From contig JAZDJS010000003.1 of assembly GCA_043803745.1 (NCBI GenBank), positions 1-21,037 on the forward strand: a stretch of 21,037 bases of DNA, written 5' to 3'. The notes below the pieces were generated by a model. It was not told the DNA's origin. It saw nothing but the letters and a program-made list of their open reading frames with translations, and did no database searches. Positions within the stretch are counted from its first letter, which is position 1, and each line of letters starts with the position of its first letter. Shown piece after piece: positions 15,964 through 21,037 of the stretch. The position numbers were made by a program, and so were the translations under genes. This stretch comes from an archaeon. Its GTDB lineage: Archaea > SpSt-1190 > DYHY01.

Positions 15964-16992
15964 ATGCCAAAAAATTGGAGATTTGTAGGACCGACTGGAG
16001 AGGAACTGGCACTTGATGGGGGCGCCATAGAGCTATACACTGCGACGATTGCACAAGCTGAGAAATCTCAGGCGAGCGCAACAAAGTCAGGTAGTGAAGT
16101 CCATTCCGCGGGCGCTCATGTCCTTAGCCTGACAAACTTAAGCAAAAGGATTCCTGGCGCAATAACCAGATGGCTCCCGAGCGGGGGGCGCGCCCTTTTC
16201 GCGCGGGCAGGGAATTTCGAAACCGGCGATTCCCCGGCGTTCCACGCTGACCCGAACGCGGTAATTGGCCTTTTACAATATATGCCAAAAGACGAAGTAA
16301 AGCGAGTTGATGTTATTGCCTTCCACAAGAAGGACGCGCCCGGCGCGCCAGCCAAAATGTGCGGGCTTTGCAGGGGCTTCCTTGCCGACTATTTGCATCC
16401 GGAAACGGCAATAATCGGGGCTGGCGGAGCTGACAACGTTGCGTTCATAATCCCTTGGGAAGATTACCTGCCAAGGGAAGCGGGTCATGTCAATTTCCCG
16501 GGCGCTCTGAGAGATGACATACTTACCGCCGGCTGGAATGCAATACAAGCTTCCGAGCCCGTTTACCGGAAGGACATCCCGAGGGCTGCAGGTGCTTTCG
16601 GGGGCGCCGACGGAAACTACGTATGGATGCCCTTGAGCGGATATACTTCATGGAGCCGCGCGCCGGGGCCGGTTATCCAGGCGTTCTCGGCTGCCGACCT
16701 TGACGCTTTCGAGAAAGCGCGTGCACAGGGGCTTGAGAAGCCTGAAGAGGCCCTTGCATATGTCCCCGGAAGCTTCATTTTCATCCAGGAAGGGAGCGTT
16801 CCAAGAGTTACCCAGCCCCAGGCTCAGGCAATTGTCGATTTCGTTAACAAGAAGGGCGGCAAGGGATATCCTGTCGGGGACTTTCCGGTTTTGACCGTGG
16901 GCATCGATGCCTCCTCTGGAAATCCGGAACTAATCGACGCAAGAATCACGACCTGCGGAGACCTGCTTCCCTACACTTTCACGTCGAAGTGA
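15964..16992 (+). CDS. Two-domain cytidine deaminase-like protein
   Basis: Domain 1: AGNFE...FHADPNA...KMCGLCRGFLADY, giving Zn ligands H, C, C. Domain 2: NAIQASEPVY...AGAFGGADG...GPVIQAF...VTQ...DLLPYTF resembles the non-catalytic repeat of homodimeric Cdd. Confidence 0.7.
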   Translation: MPKNWRFVGPTGEELALDGGAIELYTATIAQAEKSQASATKSGSEVHSAGAHVLSLTNLSKRIPGAITRWLPSGGRALFARAGNFETGDSPAFHADPNAVIGLLQYMPKDEVKRVDVIAFHKKDAPGAPAKMCGLCRGFLADYLHPETAIIGAGGADNVAFIIPWEDYLPREAGHVNFPGALRDDILTAGWNAIQASEPVYRKDIPRAAGAFGGADGNYVWMPLSGYTSWSRAPGPVIQAFSAADLDAFEKARAQGLEKPEEALAYVPGSFIFIQEGSVPRVTQPQAQAIVDFVNKKGGKGYPVGDFPVLTVGIDASSGNPELIDARITTCGDLLPYTFTSK

Positions 16993-17105
16993 AGAAGTCT
17001 CTGGGCGGAACCGGCTTCTGAATAGGCATAGCGAGTTTCCCGACTGCTCTGACTGAAATAACGCTAGCGCGCCTCTTTTGTCTCCCTCGGAAATTCTTGC
17101 GCAAT

Positions 17106-19679
17106 CTAGGGAAGCTTCACCGGGTCTGCGAATTTCTCATAGCTCTTGTCAAGGTAGAAGGTGACATCAGCCTTTCCCCTGGTCGGATCAAAGCTAACCA
17201 CTGCGAAACCGTGGGGCGAACCGGGATAGCCGCTTGCGTTGGTGAAATCGCCTTCGCCTTCCTGTCCGGGAACTAGCACGCGGATATTAACGGAATCTAT
17301 TCCTGCTTTTGGGTCCTTCCGGTTCCTAATTGAAAGCGAGCCCCTGTGCCTGTCGCCAATTGCCCCGAGCGCGGCATCGTAAAACTGGTCAGCCTCGATT
17401 TGCCTGCTAAGGTCTCCGCTTCCAACCGGAGTGTGCGCGAGGAATGCAACATATTCTTCAAGGGGGACGCGCCCGCCGCTTTCGGCAACCGCTCCGCTTA
17501 CGGTGACTATTCGGTCCCAGTATTTTTGGTCAACGCCATGGGTTGCAAGGGCCGGCTCGGTGATAATTCCCCTCGGCCTTCCGCTCTTGCCAATGTGCTG
17601 CCCCTGGGCGCGCGCGTAGTTTTCCATCCCGTGTTCGAAAAGCCAGGTGGTGAGCTCCGCTCCGCCCTCGACTTCGAGGAACCTTTGCTGCTGGATTGTG
17701 AGGTCGGAAACTGGAATCGCCTGCCCTAGGCGGCGCATGAAGTTCCCTAGCAGATATTTCTTTTCCGCATCGCTAAAGTCGGTAGCGTTCACAATCTCGT
17801 CAATCCGTTTCGCCGACCGCGCCGGGTCATATCCCAAACCGACGTATTCTATGTGGGCGCCCTGCAGGTCGTCGCCCGGGTCGAACCAGTATTTTATTTT
17901 CATCCCGCCTTCCACAAGGTGCTTGATCATGCGGGCCGCCCGCATCGTGTTCTCTTCGTTTGAGAGATCTTCCCCGTCCCTTATGTTCCGGGCAACTTTC
18001 TCAACCTGTTCAGGGTCGCCGCTGGCTTTCGCCTGCGCAAATTCGCCAACCTGCCTTGCAGCTGCCTGCTCGGGCCTTTCGGCATATTTCGAGAAATGGT
18101 GGACATCTCCAATATGCCTGTCCCCGAAAACCAAGGCGGTGGTTGGATTTCCATCCCTCTTAGCCCCTTTTGCTCTGCGCTCAAGCTCGGTGTCGGTATA
18201 TGACCGCACCCGTATGCTTCCCTTGTTTTCGCCGACCGTGACAATGCTTGCGCCGGGGTTGAGAAGTCCCTTGTCAGCCATCTGGAGTATTGGGTCGGAA
18301 TAATGGGCTGAAAGGCCCCATTCGGCCAGGAATTTGTAGACTTCGGCCTCGGAAACCATTGGAGGCGCAGTAAACGCGAAGAAAGGTTCATCGCGGGGCC
18401 CGATAACCTGCATGTGCGTTGTCCCGCTATCTCCGGAAATTATCAGGTCATGGGGTTCCCTCATGAGAACTCCGCTGTCAAGGATTCTGCCAACCGAATC
18501 CCCGACCGGATTCTTGGTTCCGAGGGAAGGGGAATATGCGACGCCAATGACAATCCCGCCCTGCGTTTTCACGCTGCTCAGGGTTTCCGCTTCGCCAGCT
18601 TCTGCTGCCGAGGCAAGCGCGAAGGTGCTCGGACCCGGAACAATAATCCAGCTGTCCCCGAACATTTGCTTGTATTTCTTGCGCTCGTCAAGGGTTGCGA
18701 GGAACCGGGCAACTGCCTGGTCCGGGACATCTGCCTTTAGCTGGCCCGTTAGGAAGTAGAAACTCCTAGCGCCGGTATCCTGGCGGTCAAGGGTTTCCTC
18801 CTTTCTCTGGGCTGCTTCGTCAATTGCCTCCTTTGCCGCAAGATATCTCCAGGTTTTCAGGGTTGCGAGGTCCTCCCTGCCTGCGGCGCCTATTTGCACA
18901 AGGCCCTCCGCAAGGGCAAGCCAGCCTGCAGGGCTGGGCCTGTTCTCCGCTTTTTGCTTCTCCGGATATTTCGTCAGGAACCTTGCCGCAGTCGTGCTGT
19001 GCGAAACTGCCTTGAGAAGCGCTTCGCGCCTTTCCGGCTCAAGGCCTTTGATGTTATCTTCAAGCTTCGCATATAGCTTGTGTTTGGTTTTCTCATCAGG
19101 AGCGTCCCCCCTTATTGCGCCGATATCTGTGATGTAGGTCTTTATTGCTTCCCGTATGTTATACTCAAACGATTGTCCGGGAACAAGCAATTTCAACGTT
19201 TGCGGCCCGGCAAGCGGGGCAAGGATGTTTTCCGCCCGTTTTCCATATGTGAAAATGTCGGAAGGTGTTGAAATGTTTGCTGCAAGCCTTGCTGCAGCTT
19301 CAAGGATTTCGGGATCCTCAAGTGCAAGGGCCCCGTATTTTTGCTTGAAGAGCCGCTTTCGGGTTCTTCTGCTGTCCCTCTCGCCCGCAACTACTTCCGG
19401 AGCGTCCCCGTTGAATGGCGGGAGCTTTGCGATTGACGCAGCCTTTTCAGTGTTCGTTACGCTAAGGCGGAAAGGCCATCTTGGGAACGGGTCGTAAAGG
19501 ACAATTGCGTCAAGGTCATCCGGCCCAATTCCCTCGCTAGCAACGGCTGCGGCAACGCCTTTGAAAAGTCTAAGATCATTGGGCTGGTAAATCGTCCCCA
19601 GTGCGGTAGGACCAAGCACCAAAATGTTCGCTTCTGCAGTTCCCATTCTTTCCACTCTTTGAGCTTGTTTTTTTGCCAT
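17106..19679 (-). CDS. Large (857 aa) calcineurin-like metallophosphoesterase-domain protein
   Basis: The C-terminal half has the motifs in order: LVFGDRHIGD (DxH), PGDDLQG (GD), QGQH (GNH-like), FLAHTP (H), IGDRH (GHxH-like). The N-terminal half is helical with a possible degenerate repeat (HDLIISGD). Confidence 0.7.
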   Translation of the reverse strand: MAKKQAQRVERMGTAEANILVLGPTALGTIYQPNDLRLFKGVAAAVASEGIGPDDLDAIVLYDPFPRWPFRLSVTNTEKAASIAKLPPFNGDAPEVVAGERDSRRTRKRLFKQKYGALALEDPEILEAAARLAANISTPSDIFTYGKRAENILAPLAGPQTLKLLVPGQSFEYNIREAIKTYITDIGAIRGDAPDEKTKHKLYAKLEDNIKGLEPERREALLKAVSHSTTAARFLTKYPEKQKAENRPSPAGWLALAEGLVQIGAAGREDLATLKTWRYLAAKEAIDEAAQRKEETLDRQDTGARSFYFLTGQLKADVPDQAVARFLATLDERKKYKQMFGDSWIIVPGPSTFALASAAEAGEAETLSSVKTQGGIVIGVAYSPSLGTKNPVGDSVGRILDSGVLMREPHDLIISGDSGTTHMQVIGPRDEPFFAFTAPPMVSEAEVYKFLAEWGLSAHYSDPILQMADKGLLNPGASIVTVGENKGSIRVRSYTDTELERRAKGAKRDGNPTTALVFGDRHIGDVHHFSKYAERPEQAAARQVGEFAQAKASGDPEQVEKVARNIRDGEDLSNEENTMRAARMIKHLVEGGMKIKYWFDPGDDLQGAHIEYVGLGYDPARSAKRIDEIVNATDFSDAEKKYLLGNFMRRLGQAIPVSDLTIQQQRFLEVEGGAELTTWLFEHGMENYARAQGQHIGKSGRPRGIITEPALATHGVDQKYWDRIVTVSGAVAESGGRVPLEEYVAFLAHTPVGSGDLSRQIEADQFYDAALGAIGDRHRGSLSIRNRKDPKAGIDSVNIRVLVPGQEGEGDFTNASGYPGSPHGFAVVSFDPTRGKADVTFYLDKSYEKFADPVKLP

Positions 19680-19882
19680 TCTTCCCCGTCCCCCAAGTTT
19701 TTCTGAGCTAAGAGTTCAAAAGAAGCAACTAGTCCACTTCCCCAAACCCCGCACAAGACTGTTTTCTGAATATATATGTCAAGCAGGATTACCAATCAGG
19801 GGTTATGCTCTGTTGCTACGGAAATTTAAAAGGTGGAGTGTACTGATTAGTTCCATCCTATTCGCTTTTTATTTTGGAATGA

Positions 19883-20197
19883 TTATCTCTCTTGAGCCCC
19901 CCGCTCAGGAGCAGGTCCGAGATCAAAATAGTTCTTCTGGGGAAAAACGCGCAGGTTTCCATCCGGGAGAACTTCGGCTGCGGCAACAAGGGTAATCCGG
20001 TATTCTCTTCCGCCTAGTTCGGCGACTTTGGGCTCTTCGAGGATTGCCCCGATTCCGGTTCCCGGGGGAATGCTTTCCTCGAAAACGAGAGCGGGCGGGT
20101 CTCCCGCAGAATATGGGCTGGGTAAGGGGTTCTCGCGCAGGTATCTCAGGATTTCCAAAAAACTCTCTCGGTATCTGGACGTAAGCGTGCAAACCAC
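19883..20197 (-). CDS. Hypothetical protein (~104 aa)
   Basis: GTG-start ORF directly downstream of and co-directional with the PAP2 gene. Codon usage is plausible, but the start is uncertain and no motif is recognised. Confidence 0.45.
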   Translation of the reverse strand: MVCTLTSRYRESFLEILRYLRENPLPSPYSAGDPPALVFEESIPPGTGIGAILEEPKVAELGGREYRITLVAAAEVLPDGNLRVFPQKNYFDLGPAPERGAQER

Positions 20198-20221
20198 CCG
20201 AGCTGGCTTGCCATTTGGTTT

Positions 20222-20746
20222 TTATTTTTTGTGTGGTCGCTGGGCGGGGGTATTGGCGCGCCGGAAGACTTTCTCGCTAAGGGAATGGTTGAAAACGTGT
20301 ATCCGCGCGTAGATTCCGCCTATTATGGTTCCGAGGAGCGCTCCTGCCGAGATGTCCGCAACAGTGTGGACCCCTTGGATTACGCGCGACAGGGAGATTA
20401 TGAAGGGGAATGCCAGAATCAGCTCCGAAGCCTGCCAGCGCCCGTTGAGGAAAAAGAGGAATGAGAAGACTGCGAAGGAAACCATAGCATGGCTTGACGG
20501 GAATGAATAGTCCCCGGGGCAGTCAATTGCCTTTCCAGCACAGGGCCTTTCGAAGGAGAAATGGCCTTTGAGGAGAATTGAGAGCGCGCCGGAAGTAAGG
20601 ATTACAAGCACAAGGAACCCGAAAAGGACCGCGAGCTTCTCCTTCCTGTGGAAGAATTTGTGGAGGAGTATCCCTGAGAAGAAGAGTCCGCAAATGAAGA
20701 AGGGGTCGGTTAATATCCCGGCAAGGCTCAGCAAAAGAGACTCCAT
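20222..20746 (-). CDS. PAP2-family membrane phosphatase (lipid/polyprenyl-pyrophosphate phosphatase-like)
   Basis: All three PAP2 motifs are present: KGHFSFERP (KxxxxxxRP), FPSSH (PSGH) and SRVIQGVHTVAD (SRxxxxxHxxxD), with several TM helices. TTAAATA lies at 20775-20769. Confidence 0.92.
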   Translation of the reverse strand: MESLLLSLAGILTDPFFICGLFFSGILLHKFFHRKEKLAVLFGFLVLVILTSGALSILLKGHFSFERPCAGKAIDCPGDYSFPSSHAMVSFAVFSFLFFLNGRWQASELILAFPFIISLSRVIQGVHTVADISAGALLGTIIGGIYARIHVFNHSLSEKVFRRANTPAQRPHKK

Positions 20747-20799
20747 TCCGTTCCTCTCGCCGCCGGAATATTTAAGCAGTTCCTTCTTCCGGAAACCAG

Positions 20800-20838
20800 T
20801 TACTTGACGGTAACGCTCTTTGCAAGGTTGCGGGGCCG
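20800..20838 (-). pseudogene. Orphan second copy of the glmS 3' end ([12 protein letters not shown])
   Basis: The minus strand reads CGG CCC CGC AAC CTT GCA AAG AGC GTT ACC GTC AAG TAA. It is in frame with the functional copy and 72 bp downstream of it. Confidence 0.85.
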
Positions 20839-20840
20839 TT

Positions 20841-20910
20841 AGGTCGAGGAACCTCCTACCGACCTCGGAACCTATTTTACTGTAACTGATTTAGCTAGGT
20901 TCCTCGGCTT
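20841..20910. repeat. Nested inverted repeats at the glmS 3' end
   Basis: CGAGGAACCT (20845-20854) / AGGTTCCTCG (20897-20906); GGAACCTA (20867-20874) / TAGGTTCC (20896-20903); AGGTCG (20841-20846) / CGACCT (20860-20865). Confidence 0.8.
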
Positions 20911-21037
20911 GTCAACGTCGTTCCCGCGCAAAACTCCCGAGTAATATGCGAGGAGCTGGAGGGGAACCACTGAGAGAAGCGGATAGAACGCCGGGTCCGC
21001 ATCGGGGAGCCGGATGTGGTAGTTGTAAATCGGGTTC
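20872..21037 (-). CDS. glmS: Glutamine--fructose-6-phosphate aminotransferase, C-terminal end (partial)
   Basis: Not in the ORF track. Manual translation gives [54 protein letters not shown], the hallmark GlmS C-terminus. Confidence 0.96.
   Translation of the reverse strand, partial: NPIYNYHIRLPDADPAFYPLLSVVPLQLLAYYSGVLRGNDVDKPRNLAKSVTVK

Noticed and set aside
17019-17070. Imperfect stem between convergent genes as a tRNA or terminator
   Set aside because: No cloverleaf or TTCGA T-loop, and the pairing is weak.
20839-20910. The 72-bp insert as an archaeal bulge-helix-bulge intron
   Set aside because: The ends pair, but none of the frame-restoring junctions I tested gives a 4-bp helix flanked by two 3-nt bulges. 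The unspliced gene is also already complete.
20780-21037. Possible RNase P or SRP RNA (GAGGAACCTCC motif and many stems)
   Set aside because: The minus strand translates cleanly as the GlmS C-terminus, and no P4 partner strand or SRP helix-8 motif is visible.
1-21037. CRISPR array, rRNA/tRNA genes, transposase or integrase
   Set aside because: No regularly spaced repeats, RNA gene signatures or recombinase motifs were seen.

Overview
Archaeal chromosomal segment. Evidence: an Alba gene, an archaeal-type radical SAM gene and TATA boxes about 25-35 bp upstream of several starts. The K/R-x-A/S-Q prepilin-type leaders and a CGDGxC surface motif suggest a DPANN-type lineage (inference). The left half (1-10321, minus strand) is a tightly coupled cluster of exported proteins. 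Four consecutive genes carry class III (type IV pilin-like) signal peptides, and three of them carry domains that normally act on bacterial peptidoglycan: SLT/lytic-transglycosylase-like domains and, in a ~2018-aa Cys-rich giant, two M23 endopeptidase domains plus a GH-A-like barrel lacking both catalytic Glu residues. Downstream lie a membrane-anchored Cys-motif protein and a lipoprotein missed by the ORF track that appears to enter another SLT motif at the window edge. This looks like a pilus-displayed wall-lysis toolkit in an organism whose domain lacks murein. The right half holds SPFH/stomatin, two GT2 glycosyltransferases, Alba, a radical SAM protein, an NDT-like protein, a two-domain cytidine deaminase-like protein, an 857-aa metallophosphoesterase-like protein, a PAP2 phosphatase and the 3' end of glmS. 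The last 13 codons of glmS occur twice, 72 bp apart, heavily recoded synonymously and associated with inverted repeats. All domain calls come from motif recognition by eye; no searches were run.
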